A DNA stretch of 64,000 nucleotides, taken from assembly GCA_963662465.1 (NCBI GenBank), contig OY759599.1, forward strand, positions 5,472,001 through 5,536,000, in the 5' to 3' direction. Origin of the DNA: Desulfatiglandales bacterium. GTDB taxonomy: Bacteria > Desulfobacterota > DSM-4660 > Desulfatiglandales > Desulfatiglandaceae. Shown here piece by piece: positions 9,801-18,670 of this stretch (positions are counted from its first letter, which is position 1; each line of letters starts with the position of its first letter). The notes beneath the pieces are model-generated. The model was given only the letters and a program-made list of their open reading frames with translations, was not told the DNA's origin and ran no database searches. Position numbers and translations under genes: made by a program.

Positions 9801-9911
9801 TTTGGAGACGTCCGTGTCGATTTCCATGCGAAAAAAGGCCGCTGTGAATAGCAGCGCCATCACGACCAACACAGTTATAAAAACGGGAAAATTGATTTTA
9901 ATGGATTTCAT
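6849..9911 (-). CDS. MMPL/RND-family lipid exporter fused to a C-terminal class I SAM methyltransferase
   Basis: Two TM blocks with ITVDHG and GMGIDYS motifs; C-terminal MDIGTGYG..GID..DMIHYL. Confidence 0.85.
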   Translation of the reverse strand: MKSIKINFPVFITVLVVMALLFTAAFFRMEIDTDVSKYLPQNDPVISDAGDVFKHHSIQDRLIIDVGLQEKDMVRLLAAGRFVEQKLVQSDMFKQVGVKDFAAVMPDLMNHVLNHLPTLFDEKELRENVAPLLTFEKIDMKMRDHYHRLLNLDGIGRSASISKDPLDLANMVLARLSTLAPSKEIRFHGGQLISSDGKHLLLIATPLGSGTDTALARKLAALFAATSRELVDKFGESKNPVVLTPMGAYRAALDNETIAKKDSQRAILMAGIGIALLLVFAFPRPLLGLFAFLPALAGSVGALFVLALLDRSISIMALGFGGAIIAITVDHGIAFLLFLDRPLPTRGKAAAREIWSVGLVAALTTMGAFGALTFCDFPIFQQLGRFTALGVAFSFLFVHLVFPLIFPAMPPASPRSLPLRKGVEKLTGFAWKGALGAIVLAVFMAFFARPEFLVSLHAMNTVSEETLAAEKTVARVWGKGIFENIFLMTEGQSVADLQAKGDNLLPMLYQDLRSDVLISGFMPTMVFPGKKKAGENLSAWRSFWHGERVARLEEDLKRASASTGFSGEAFAPFLGTLANQGYHIEGTEIPPEFYDLLSITRKPEADKWVQVSNLKPGKAYDPPAFYERYGALGKIFDPTFFAQRLGGLLFSTFLNMLWIIGLSVVVLLFLFFLDWRWVLIALIPVLFALICTLGTLNLMGHPLDIPGLMLSIVVIGMGIDYSLFMVRAYQRYGHEDHPSFGLIKMTIFMGSTSTLIGFGVLCFADHALLKSAGLTSLLGIAYSLMGAFVILPPLIGFMLRHPKKNKKAHSSPRRAILTRYRNMEAYPRCFVRFKMMLDPMFKELPRFFDATPDLKIMMDIGTGYGVPACWLLERFPEASIFGIDPDGERVRVASRALGNRGLVKQDAAPHVPAMPEPADVAVMLDMIHYLTDDALAHTLKGLHLNLAHGGLLLIRAAIQTGHRSWLWKVEDFKSMLSKTPLYYRSPGKMVEMIENEGFQVNIKRLSGSNGDSVWMMAEKC

Positions 9912-9980
9912 TATGCTTGTTTGTATTCCGCTTTAGGGTTATAAAATCATTTTGTTTGAAATCACCCATCGGCGAAATGA

Positions 9981-10340
9981 ATGAATCGCATGACCCAAAA
10001 AATTCTGAAAAAGGCAGCCGCCACGAAATTTGTGCAAAGGGCCATGGCGGATAAGTCCGATTTAAGCGCTTTCAGGGAAAGACCAACCCCTCGCGCCATC
10101 ATGGGCCTTTCCGCCATCGGCATCAGTTACATTATCGGCTGGCCCGCGGTGGCCCTGCTGGGCGCCGTTTCCGTTTATCTCAACAAGCCCATGGTCGCGC
10201 TGATCGGGGGGCCGGCAACCTATGGCCTGTCCCATCTGGTGTTCATCCTGGGAATGTATCTGGCGGGGGCCGAGTACTCAAAGGTCTTTTTACGGTGGGC
10301 CACGAGAGCGATCATGGAAAAGCTGATGGGAGAATCGTAA
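9981..10340 (+). CDS. Hypothetical small membrane protein
   Basis: 119 aa with hydrophobic segments (SYIIGWPAV; YGLSHLVFILGMYLAG); fills the intergenic gap. Confidence 0.7.
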   Translation: MNRMTQKILKKAAATKFVQRAMADKSDLSAFRERPTPRAIMGLSAIGISYIIGWPAVALLGAVSVYLNKPMVALIGGPATYGLSHLVFILGMYLAGAEYSKVFLRWATRAIMEKLMGES

Positions 10341-10357
10341 CCGTTATCGGTTTTCGC

Positions 10358-11734
10358 TCAGGAGAAAATCTTGCCCGGATTCAGGATTCCCTTTGGATCA
10401 AACGCTTTTTTGATTCGCGCCATGAGCTGAATGCCCGCTGCCGGAATTTCCATTTCCAGGTATGGCGCCTTGGTGATGCCGATGCCGTGTTCGCCCGTAA
10501 TGGTTCCGCCCATGTGGATGACCTTTTTAAAAAGCGCTTTAACAATGGCGTGGCCGCTTTTCAGCTGAATGGGGTCTTCCTTGTCGAGCATGATATTCAC
10601 ATGGATATTGCCGTCCCCGGCATGGCCGAAGGCCGGAATGGGCAGGCCATATTGCTGGGACATGGTTTCCAGAAAAGAGACGAGTTCCGCCAGGCTGCTT
10701 CGCGGCACCACAATATCCTCGTTGATTTTATGCGGTCTCAACTTGTGAAGTGAGGGCGATACATTCCTTCGTGCCTCCCAAAGTAATTCAGCGCTTTCAT
10801 GATCCTTAGCAACGCTGACGGCCATTGCCCCGCACTGCCGACAAAGATCCTCGACGATTCGGGCCTGATGCGTCACCAGTGACGGGTCCCCATCCACTTC
10901 GATTAGAAGCATGGCGCCGGAACCCTCGGGCAAGTCAAGGTGCATTTCTTCCCTGACGCAATCGATGCACAACCGATCCATGAACTCCAGAATGGTGGGA
11001 ACAATTTTGTTTCGGGTCAATTCGGAGACCGTTTCAACGGCCAGGGACACATCCGAAAAAAAAGCGGTCATGGTGTGTTTTGATTGGGGTTTCGGCACCA
11101 GGCGAAGGGTCATGGCGGTAATGACCGCCAGGGTTCCCTCGGATCCGGTAATGAGCCGGACCAGATCGTAACCGGCAACCCCCTTCCGCGTCTCCACGCC
11201 TGTGTTGAGAATTTCTCCGGTGGGCAATACGATGGTGAGCCCCAGCACATAATCTCGGGTGACGCCGTATTTGACGGCTCGAAGTCCGCCGGCGCATTCC
11301 GCCACATTTCCCCCAAGGGTTGAGACCTTCAAACTGGCCGGATCAGGGGGATAAAAAAGGTCCAATGCCTCAACGGCTTCCTGGAGATGGGCCGTTATGA
11401 CGCCGGGTTCGGCTTTTGCGATCAAATTGTCCCGGTCAATGGAAAGGATTCGGTTCAGGCGGTTCATGGCCAGCACGACGCCCCCTTGAACCGGAACGGC
11501 GCCCCCGCTCATCCCCGTGCCCGCCCCCCTCGGAACAACGGGAAATCCGTTTTCCGTTGCCAGCTGAAGGATTCGGGAAATCTGCTCCCTGTTTTCGGGA
11601 AATACCACGGCATCGGGCATATGGGAGATTTTGGTGGCATCGGCTGAAAATTCCGTCATGTCCTTTTCGGCCGTCAACAGATACGCGCCACCAACAACAC
11701 CGGATATTTCCTTGAGAATCGTTTTAGAAATCAT
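10358..11734 (-). CDS. glcD: FAD-linked oxidase, glycolate oxidase GlcD / D-lactate dehydrogenase family
   Basis: PRGAGTGMSGG, YPPDPAS, GHAGDGNIH, GEHGIG, LNPGKIF; ATG at 11734 overlaps the recR stop (ATGA). Confidence 0.9.
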   Translation of the reverse strand: MISKTILKEISGVVGGAYLLTAEKDMTEFSADATKISHMPDAVVFPENREQISRILQLATENGFPVVPRGAGTGMSGGAVPVQGGVVLAMNRLNRILSIDRDNLIAKAEPGVITAHLQEAVEALDLFYPPDPASLKVSTLGGNVAECAGGLRAVKYGVTRDYVLGLTIVLPTGEILNTGVETRKGVAGYDLVRLITGSEGTLAVITAMTLRLVPKPQSKHTMTAFFSDVSLAVETVSELTRNKIVPTILEFMDRLCIDCVREEMHLDLPEGSGAMLLIEVDGDPSLVTHQARIVEDLCRQCGAMAVSVAKDHESAELLWEARRNVSPSLHKLRPHKINEDIVVPRSSLAELVSFLETMSQQYGLPIPAFGHAGDGNIHVNIMLDKEDPIQLKSGHAIVKALFKKVIHMGGTITGEHGIGITKAPYLEMEIPAAGIQLMARIKKAFDPKGILNPGKIFS

Positions 11735-12342
11735 CGGGGAATTAAAACACGACTTTTGAGGGCATGCTGGAGGGTCATGCTGTCCATGAATTTGAGATCC
11801 CCCCCCATGGGCACTCCCAGCGCAATCCTTGAAACCTTGATGCCGGGATTTTTTTCCCACAATAACCCGGAAATGAAAGAGGCCGTGGTTTCACCGCCTA
11901 CGGTCGGATTGGTTGCCAGAATAACCTCTTCAATTCTCTCCTTCTCCAACCGTGTCAGAAGCCTGTCGATTTTAAGGTCTTCAGGGCCGATGCCGTCCAG
12001 GGGGGAGAGTACGCCATGCAAAACATGGTATTTACCACTGTAAACGCCGGATTCTTCCAGGGCCATCTGGTCTCCGGGGGTTTCAATCACACAGAGGGTC
12101 CCGTTGGCGCGCTGTGCGTTTTGGCAAATAGCACAGGGATCTTCATCGGTCAAGTTGAAACACACCGAACAAAACCGAATCTTTTCTTTGACTTCCATTA
12201 AGCTCCGGGCCAGGCCTTCCGCCAGATTCCGGTTGCTTCGCAAAACGAAAAGCGCCATGCGGGTGGCGGATTTCTGCCCGATACCGGGAAGTTTGGAAAA
12301 TTGATCAATCAGTTTGACTAAAGGTTCAGGATAAATGCCCAT
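11731..12342 (-). CDS. recR: Recombination mediator RecR
   Basis: LPGIGQKSA HhH, C4 Zn finger, YHVLHG, EVILATNPT Toprim. Confidence 0.97.
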   Translation of the reverse strand: MGIYPEPLVKLIDQFSKLPGIGQKSATRMALFVLRSNRNLAEGLARSLMEVKEKIRFCSVCFNLTDEDPCAICQNAQRANGTLCVIETPGDQMALEESGVYSGKYHVLHGVLSPLDGIGPEDLKIDRLLTRLEKERIEEVILATNPTVGGETTASFISGLLWEKNPGIKVSRIALGVPMGGDLKFMDSMTLQHALKSRVLIPR

Positions 12343-12381
12343 CGTTCATCTCACTTTTCACTCTTCACTCGTCACTCGAAA

Positions 12382-12711
12382 TCACATCAGACCCGGCATT
12401 CCCGGAATATTCATCCCCTTGGTTAGTTTTCCCATTTCGTCGTTCATCATGTCCTTGGCCCGGGTCAGGGCATCATTGGCCGCCGCTAAAACCAGATCTT
12501 GCAGCATTTCAATATCTTCCGGATCCACCACCTCACGGTCAATTTTAATGGAGATGAGTTCCTGTTTCCCATTGGCCACCACTGAAACCATCCCGCCTCC
12601 GGCGGAAGCCTCCATGGTTTTATCACCCAGTTCTTCCTGGAGTTTGGCCATTTTGGACTGAAATTTCTGGGCCTGTTTCATCAACTGACCCATGTTCGGC
12701 ATGCCTTTCAT
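12382..12711 (-). CDS. ybaB: YbaB/EbfC nucleoid-associated protein
   Basis: [25 protein letters not shown]; dnaX-ybaB-recR synteny. Confidence 0.97.
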   Translation of the reverse strand: MKGMPNMGQLMKQAQKFQSKMAKLQEELGDKTMEASAGGGMVSVVANGKQELISIKIDREVVDPEDIEMLQDLVLAAANDALTRAKDMMNDEMGKLTKGMNIPGMPGLM

Positions 12712-12736
12712 CTTAATTCCTCCTCAATGCAGTTAT

Positions 12737-14431
12737 TTATTTCCCTATCAATTCGCCTTCAAATAAATCCAGAACCTTTTGCGCCACATCTCGAACGTCC
12801 GGTGGAAGGCCTGATGATTCGGTTGGCCTGATGTTTTTGCGCATGTTTTCGGTATTGTCCTTTTCGAGGTTTGTTTTCCCCGGTTTGGCCCTGATTTTTA
12901 CCTGTATGTCCTTTTGGAAAAACTCCCGGCAATACCCCAGCAGTTGATCGTGTTTTTCCGGGTCGTCAAAATAGTCGGCTGAAAATTTTTGACTGCCATT
13001 CTCTATTTCCAACAGATCTTCAGTGAGCTCCAGAGGTTTCCAGTCTTTTAGGATGGTGTAGACTACCTTGCTTTTATCAAAAACAAACTGTAGGAAATTA
13101 TCCCAGGTTTTTTCCCGAGGGGCGGGTTCGACCGAAGGTTTTTTTAAAACAGGTTGGCCGGCTTTTTCAACCCTACTTTCGCCAATGTTTGTTTCGGGAA
13201 TACCCTTTTCCTTGGCATCCGGGGCCCAGCTGGTGGGAGGATCTGACAGAATTTTTCCGTTTCCATCACTTTGCCCGGGTGAAATGCCGACCATCCTTTT
13301 TTCGAGAATGGCCATTCTCTTCATAATATCGCCGAACGAAAGGTAGTCGCCCAGACTGCACAACTTGATCATGGTGGTTTCCAGGACCAGACGGGGGTAG
13401 GATGTAAATCGAAGATCCTCTTCTCTGGCGATGAGGAAATTCAATACGACCTGCAGCTTTTCCTCCCCTGCCATTTCAGCCTGCCGTCTGATTTCTTCCC
13501 CGTCGCTTTCCGTCATGTCGATCAGGCTCTCTCCGGGGGCGATCAAGCTAACCAGGAGGTTTCTGAATTGCCCCATGAGCGTGCGATAGAATTCCTTGAT
13601 ATCGTATCCCTGATGGTAAACCTTTTCAACCACCGTCAGACACCTTGACGCGGCGCCTTCAATAATGGCCGACGACGATTCGAAAATAAGGTCGCGATCG
13701 ATGATGCCTAAAATTTCCGGAACCTGACTGTCTGAAACCGTTTGCCCGGCAAAGGCGATCACCTGGTCCAGAAGACTTTCCGCGTCCCGCATGCTCCCTT
13801 CGGCTTCTCTGGCAATCATGGAGAGCGCCGTGGTTCCGATGTCGATGTCCTCATGCCTGCAAATTTTTTGCAGATAGGCAACGATTTTGGGCAGCGGTAT
13901 CCGTTTGAAATCAAATCGCTGGCAACGGGACAGGATTGTTATGGGAACCTTGTGGGATTCGGTGGTGGCAAAGATAAACTTCACGTGGGCTGGCGGTTCT
14001 TCCAGGGTTTTCAGGAGCGCATTAAAGGCCGGAAGGGTCAACATGTGGACTTCATCAATTACATAAATGCGGTATTGACTGGCGGAAGGCAGGTATTTGG
14101 CGTTTTCTCGAAGTTCCCGAATTTCATCGATGCCCCGGTTGGAAGCGCCATCGATTTCCTGTACGTCAACGGAATTTCCATTGGTTATTTCACGACATGA
14201 CCGGCACTGATTGCAGGGAATTCCCGGTTTCCCCGTTGTGCAGTTGATGGCCTTGGCAAAAATTCTGGCCACGGAAGTCTTGCCCACGCCCCGGGGACCG
14301 CCAAAGATATAGGCGTGCGCCAGCCTGCCGGTTCCGATGGCATTGACCAAGGTTCGGGTTATGTGCTCCTGGCCGATGACATCCTCAAAAACCTGGGGAC
14401 GCCATTTCCTGGCAAGAACTTCGTAAGACAT
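12737..14431 (-). CDS. dnaX: DNA polymerase III subunit gamma/tau
   Basis: MSYEVLARKWRP, GPRGVGKT, IDEVHML, SRCQRF. Confidence 0.98.
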   Translation of the reverse strand: MSYEVLARKWRPQVFEDVIGQEHITRTLVNAIGTGRLAHAYIFGGPRGVGKTSVARIFAKAINCTTGKPGIPCNQCRSCREITNGNSVDVQEIDGASNRGIDEIRELRENAKYLPSASQYRIYVIDEVHMLTLPAFNALLKTLEEPPAHVKFIFATTESHKVPITILSRCQRFDFKRIPLPKIVAYLQKICRHEDIDIGTTALSMIAREAEGSMRDAESLLDQVIAFAGQTVSDSQVPEILGIIDRDLIFESSSAIIEGAASRCLTVVEKVYHQGYDIKEFYRTLMGQFRNLLVSLIAPGESLIDMTESDGEEIRRQAEMAGEEKLQVVLNFLIAREEDLRFTSYPRLVLETTMIKLCSLGDYLSFGDIMKRMAILEKRMVGISPGQSDGNGKILSDPPTSWAPDAKEKGIPETNIGESRVEKAGQPVLKKPSVEPAPREKTWDNFLQFVFDKSKVVYTILKDWKPLELTEDLLEIENGSQKFSADYFDDPEKHDQLLGYCREFFQKDIQVKIRAKPGKTNLEKDNTENMRKNIRPTESSGLPPDVRDVAQKVLDLFEGELIGK

Positions 14432-14571
14432 CTTTATAACTCATGAAGAACTGAAAAAAACGCCTGGGAAAGTAAACTCCGGATGGGGCCGGCCCTTCAA
14501 GAAATCCTGAGGATACCGTAATTTGGTGATGACAAAAAAGCTCAAAACTGCAATTTTCCGCTCCAGGTGTA

Positions 14572-14664
<93 letters not shown>

Positions 14665-14740
14665 GTTTTATTTTCTTGTAATTACGCTTACAAACCGATC
14701 TACCCGCCAAGGAAACAGCGCAAAGCCGCCGTTCTGAACC

Positions 14741-14836
14741 TGGCGGAGAGGGTGGGATTCGAACCCACGTGCCCCGCTATTAACGGGACAAGTCGATTTC
14801 GAGTCGACCCCGTTACGGCCACTTCGGTACCTCTCC
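14741..14836 (-). tRNA. tRNA-Ser(CGA)
   Basis: GGAGAGG..GTCGA-CTCGAAA-TCGAC, long variable arm, T-arm, CCA end. Confidence 0.97.
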
Positions 14837-15313
14837 GGAATCCGGTTTATTGCCTTTTCCCCTGCGGGCTCGAAAAAAATCCTTCATCAGCGCCCGGCAC
14901 TCCTCTTCCATAATGCCGGATACGATTTCTATTCGATGGTTGAGGCGATCATCCCGGGCGGGATTATATAGAGACCCGGCGGCGCCGCCCTTTACATCAT
15001 AGGCGCCGAATGCCAGCACCGACACCCGCGCATGAATAGCAGCACCCACACACATCAGGCACGGTTCTATGGTCGATACCAGCAGACACCGGTTCAGCCG
15101 GTAGTTCCCCACGATTTCGCAAGCCTTTCGGATCACTAGAATCTCAGCATGGGCCGTGGGGTCACGAAGGGCTATGGGTTGATTGTGGGCCCGGGACAAG
15201 ATATGCCCTTCCGAATCAACCAATATCGCCCCAACGGGAACCTCGCCCTCCAAATAGGCTTTTTTCGCTTCCTGAAGCGCCTGCGCCATCAAATGATAAA
15301 GATCATATTGCAT
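14813..15313 (-). CDS. tadA: tRNA adenosine(34) deaminase
   Basis: GEVPVGA, PTAHAE, EPCLMC, LNHR; the 3' end overlaps tRNA-Ser(CGA). Confidence 0.95.
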   Translation of the reverse strand: MQYDLYHLMAQALQEAKKAYLEGEVPVGAILVDSEGHILSRAHNQPIALRDPTAHAEILVIRKACEIVGNYRLNRCLLVSTIEPCLMCVGAAIHARVSVLAFGAYDVKGGAAGSLYNPARDDRLNHRIEIVSGIMEEECRALMKDFFRARRGKGNKPDSGEVPKWP

Positions 15314-15340
15314 TCTTTTACAATATTTTTTTGCGGTACG

Positions 15341-15979
15341 TCAAGAGGATACTCTTTTCAGTTCGTGAAAATATTCATGGGACTGAAAATTTGAAGCCTC
15401 TTCCTTGCCATGATCTTGCGGTGATGGGTCTTTTAGGCCGGGATGCCTTCGGCGTTTTCCGTCCTTTCCGAAAGCAAAAGAATGGGGACACAGCTCTTTT
15501 TCCACGTCCCCAAAAATCTTTTTTGCAAAATCATAATCTTCGTGGGGGTAAAAGTCCAGATTTTCGGCATGGGCTACGGCGCCCTCTACCACTTTTCTCG
15601 CACAGCTGGGATGAATCTTTTTCAAAATTTCCTTTGTTTCAATTTCTCCCAACCGCAATCGGTACTCTTCTTCCCCCATGAGCAGACAATAAGCATTTTT
15701 CGCTCCCAGGCAAAAAACATCCAGGAAGAAGGTGCCCATAAGGATCTGGCCGGCGGCGGTTTTTCGTGTGACCACAACCGTCCCCATACCGGCATTTGTT
15801 TCAAAAAGTCCTTCCGACTCCCAGCATTCATAGAGGGGCGCCCGCAGGGCCTGTGCCGTGGCCAACCGGTGGGTGATGTTCGACAGTGCGGCTTCCCGAC
15901 GAAGGGTCGCCTTTCTCTTTTTTTTCGGTGTTGTCTTTTTTGCTTTTTTCAGTTGAAGTTTTTTGCTTCGCAACGCCAT
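15341..15979 (-). CDS. Hypothetical protein with a basic N-terminus
   Basis: Long ORF with plausible composition (FLDVFCLGAKNA, GAVAHA..L.F.PH.DY, FGKDGK). Confidence 0.7.
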   Translation of the reverse strand: MALRSKKLQLKKAKKTTPKKKRKATLRREAALSNITHRLATAQALRAPLYECWESEGLFETNAGMGTVVVTRKTAAGQILMGTFFLDVFCLGAKNAYCLLMGEEEYRLRLGEIETKEILKKIHPSCARKVVEGAVAHAENLDFYPHEDYDFAKKIFGDVEKELCPHSFAFGKDGKRRRHPGLKDPSPQDHGKEEASNFQSHEYFHELKRVSS

Positions 15980-16014
15980 AATTCAATTGCTCCCCATGGG
16001 CCGAGTTTTCCTGT

Positions 16015-16323
16015 TTAATCCTCGGTTTCATGGCCTAGCAGGACCATTCTTTCCCTGGCTGCCGCTTCCCTTTTTACTTCCCAGGCATCCCACTTCTGCT
16101 TCAATTGCGCCAGTTCCCCTTCCAGCGCCGGGATTTCTTCGGCGTAGGCATCATTTTTCAGTGTTTTTAATTCATTCAGCCGTTTTTTGATTTCGCGAAC
16201 GCGCTCTTTGGTGGCTTTCATGACGGTGAGGGCTTCTCTTTCCCTGGGAGTCGGAATCTCCATTTTACCGGTACAGGTGTTCACGTTCTCCAGTCCAGAC
16301 ATTTTCCCCTCGGCATTTTCCAT
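16015..16323 (-). CDS. Small coiled-coil hypothetical protein
   Basis: GGAGG RBS before ATG 16323; helical, charged sequence. Confidence 0.75.
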   Translation of the reverse strand: MENAEGKMSGLENVNTCTGKMEIPTPREREALTVMKATKERVREIKKRLNELKTLKNDAYAEEIPALEGELAQLKQKWDAWEVKREAAARERMVLLGHETED

Positions 16324-16348
16324 GGTCCACCCTCCATTATTTACGAGC

Positions 16349-16377
16349 AATATAATCGAAATACGACGACCTGTCAA
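16349..16377 (-). promoter_or_regulatory. Sigma70-type promoter for the 16015-16323 gene
   Basis: TTGACA-17nt-TATATT on the minus strand. Confidence 0.6.
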
Positions 16378-16416
16378 ACCGGCGCTTTCATTTTCTCCTG
16401 CTACTTCAATTCGGGG

Positions 16417-17031
16417 TTATGTTGTTTCTATTTTCAGGCGATTGTGTTTCAGATGATGTTTATCGAGATTCACCTTTCTGTATATTTCGGACACAGGAAG
16501 TTCACAGTTTACCGCCTCAATTTTAACAATATTCCCGTCAGTCTCATATTTCGAATATATCCATGTCCCATCATCCTGACGTGTGAATTTTTCAACTCTC
16601 CAAAAATATTGTGAAATGAGTATGTATTCGACAAATGAGTCCAGACGCTGATAATGGGCGAATTTATCCCCTCTGTCATAGGCTTCGGTGGAATCAGAAA
16701 GGATTTCGATAATTACAACCGGATTTAACAAAACATCGTTGTTTTCATTTTCGAATTCTTCTTTCTCGCAAACAACAACGATATCGGGATAGGTATACTT
16801 TCCGATTTCCTTTATTTTCACTTTCATGTCGCTCGAAAAAACACTGCACGGTTTTTCAAGTAACTGGTTTCCTAAAATTCTTACAATATTGCTTGCTATC
16901 TGATTGTGTTCACGACTCGCCCCTGCCATCGCAAAAATTTCGCCGTCAAAGTATTCATTTCTGATTTCGGACTTTCTTTCTGAAACCAGATATTCTTCAG
17001 GACTGATTTTGTTTTCTTCCTTCAGTAACAT
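16417..17031 (-). CDS. Uma2 (DUF820) family endonuclease-like protein
   Basis: EYFDGEIFAMAGAS..H, YPDIVVVC, IEILS.ST..YDRG.K. Confidence 0.92.
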   Translation of the reverse strand: MLLKEENKISPEEYLVSERKSEIRNEYFDGEIFAMAGASREHNQIASNIVRILGNQLLEKPCSVFSSDMKVKIKEIGKYTYPDIVVVCEKEEFENENNDVLLNPVVIIEILSDSTEAYDRGDKFAHYQRLDSFVEYILISQYFWRVEKFTRQDDGTWIYSKYETDGNIVKIEAVNCELPVSEIYRKVNLDKHHLKHNRLKIETT

Positions 17032-17403
17032 TTCAGTCTTCCTTACTGATATGATGTTTTTTTAATTCTGCAGACTATTTTATTCTTTTACCACTGTAAT
17101 TCAAATATATCAGAGATGTCACTTTTAGAAAATAAAAAATATTTTATTTGTTGAAATTTAAACAACATAACGATTGAAACAGGCGGCGGGGCGGACTGAT
17201 TCAGCAACTTCATTAATTCTACTTTGTTATTTTCCATGTGAGGATATTTATTGATATATGTTGTTGATTTGATTTATTTTTTATGTTGACATGGTCGGAA
17301 TGACATGTTAGACATAACCCATCAAAAAGCGAAATCAATGGGGCGTTGGTATGAGTGCCGACAGCCCGCCGGAACAATCGTAGTTTCGATAAAGGAGCGA
17401 CCC

Positions 17404-18639
17404 TTGGCGTTAACACCCCGCAATCACCATAAAATAATTGCGCTTATTGAAAAGGGAGTGAATATCCCGAACCCCATGACCCTCTACCTGGACGATGACG
17501 TTAAAGTGGACCAGATCTCCGGCGACGGGGTTACCCTTTATCCCGGTTGCCGTATTCATGGCGGTGCAACCGTTATTTCACGAGGGGCCAAAATCGGATA
17601 TGAGGGCCCCGTGACCATGGAAGACTGCCGGATTGGCCCCCGTGTGGAGTTGAGGGGGGGGTATTTCAAGAAAGCGGTGTTTCTTGAAAAAGCGAACATG
17701 GGATTTGGCGCCCATGTGCGGGAAGGCACCATACTGGAGGAACAGGCCGGCGGCGCCCATTGCGTGGGCCTCAAGCAGACCATCCTGTTTCCCTTTGCCA
17801 CCCTGGGCAGTTTGATCAATTTTTGCGATTGCCTGCTGGCTGGAGGGACCAGCCGCCAAAACCATAGTGAAGTGGGAAGTTCCTATATTCATTTCAACTT
17901 TTCAGTTGATGGCGACAAAATAACCCCTTCATTGTTTGGGAATGTACCCCGGGGGGTAATGCTCAACCAGCCGCCCATTTTTCTGGGCGGCCAGGGCGGC
18001 GCCGTGGGGCCGATCCGGCTGGGTTTTGGAAATGTGGTGTCGGCGGGAACCATCCTGCGAAAGGATGTGCTGACGGAGCGTCGGCTGATCATGGGGAAAT
18101 CTCATCGCGGCGGTGAACTGCCATTTGTTTCCAATCGCTATCCGGGTTTGTTCCGGATGCTGGAAAAAAATCTGCAATACCTGGCAAATCTGGCGGCCCT
18201 TGATCAATGGTATCGACACGTTCGGCGAGATTTCTTTCATGGGGAAGAATTGGGGTATCTGATTTATAATGGCGTTCTCGAAAATTTATCCCTGGCTAAA
18301 AAGGAACGTATCAAACGTTTGAGGGCGGTGGCGGAAAAAATGCCTGAATCGATTCATCATGACCGAAGCGACACCACCAGAAGCCGCAAAATGGCATTTC
18401 ACCATCGTATAAACGAAGTTTGCGGCGTGTTTGACGGCGCCCAGGCCGCCCAATTCGGAAATGAACACAGAGACCGGTTTTTGGAAGCCTTGAAAACCCA
18501 CCAAAAGGATCAGGATCCCGACTATCTAACCGTCATTCAGAGCCTTCCCGAGGCTGTTTCCAAGGCCGGCACACTGTGGCTTGAGGCCATTGTTCAGGGT
18601 CTTTGCACGAAGGCGACCGCTTTTTTGGCAGAGCAGTGA
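17404..18639 (+). CDS. GlmU-related left-handed beta-helix protein lacking an evident nucleotidyltransferase domain
   Basis: KGVNI.NP, hexapeptide-like repeats, GAHVREGT, EVGSSYIHFN; TTG start behind an AAGGAG RBS; directly upstream of glmM. Confidence 0.7.
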   Translation: MALTPRNHHKIIALIEKGVNIPNPMTLYLDDDVKVDQISGDGVTLYPGCRIHGGATVISRGAKIGYEGPVTMEDCRIGPRVELRGGYFKKAVFLEKANMGFGAHVREGTILEEQAGGAHCVGLKQTILFPFATLGSLINFCDCLLAGGTSRQNHSEVGSSYIHFNFSVDGDKITPSLFGNVPRGVMLNQPPIFLGGQGGAVGPIRLGFGNVVSAGTILRKDVLTERRLIMGKSHRGGELPFVSNRYPGLFRMLEKNLQYLANLAALDQWYRHVRRDFFHGEELGYLIYNGVLENLSLAKKERIKRLRAVAEKMPESIHHDRSDTTRSRKMAFHHRINEVCGVFDGAQAAQFGNEHRDRFLEALKTHQKDQDPDYLTVIQSLPEAVSKAGTLWLEAIVQGLCTKATAFLAEQ

Positions 18640-18670
18640 AGCGTGACAAGTGAAAAAAAGGAGAACCAAA

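Noticed and set aside
13290..13310. dnaX programmed -1 frameshift site
   Set aside because: It reads GAA AAA AGG, not an in-phase A AAA AAG heptamer
14432..14571. SRP RNA (ffs), often found upstream of dnaX
   Set aside because: The conserved CAGG..GGAAG..GCAGC core was not found
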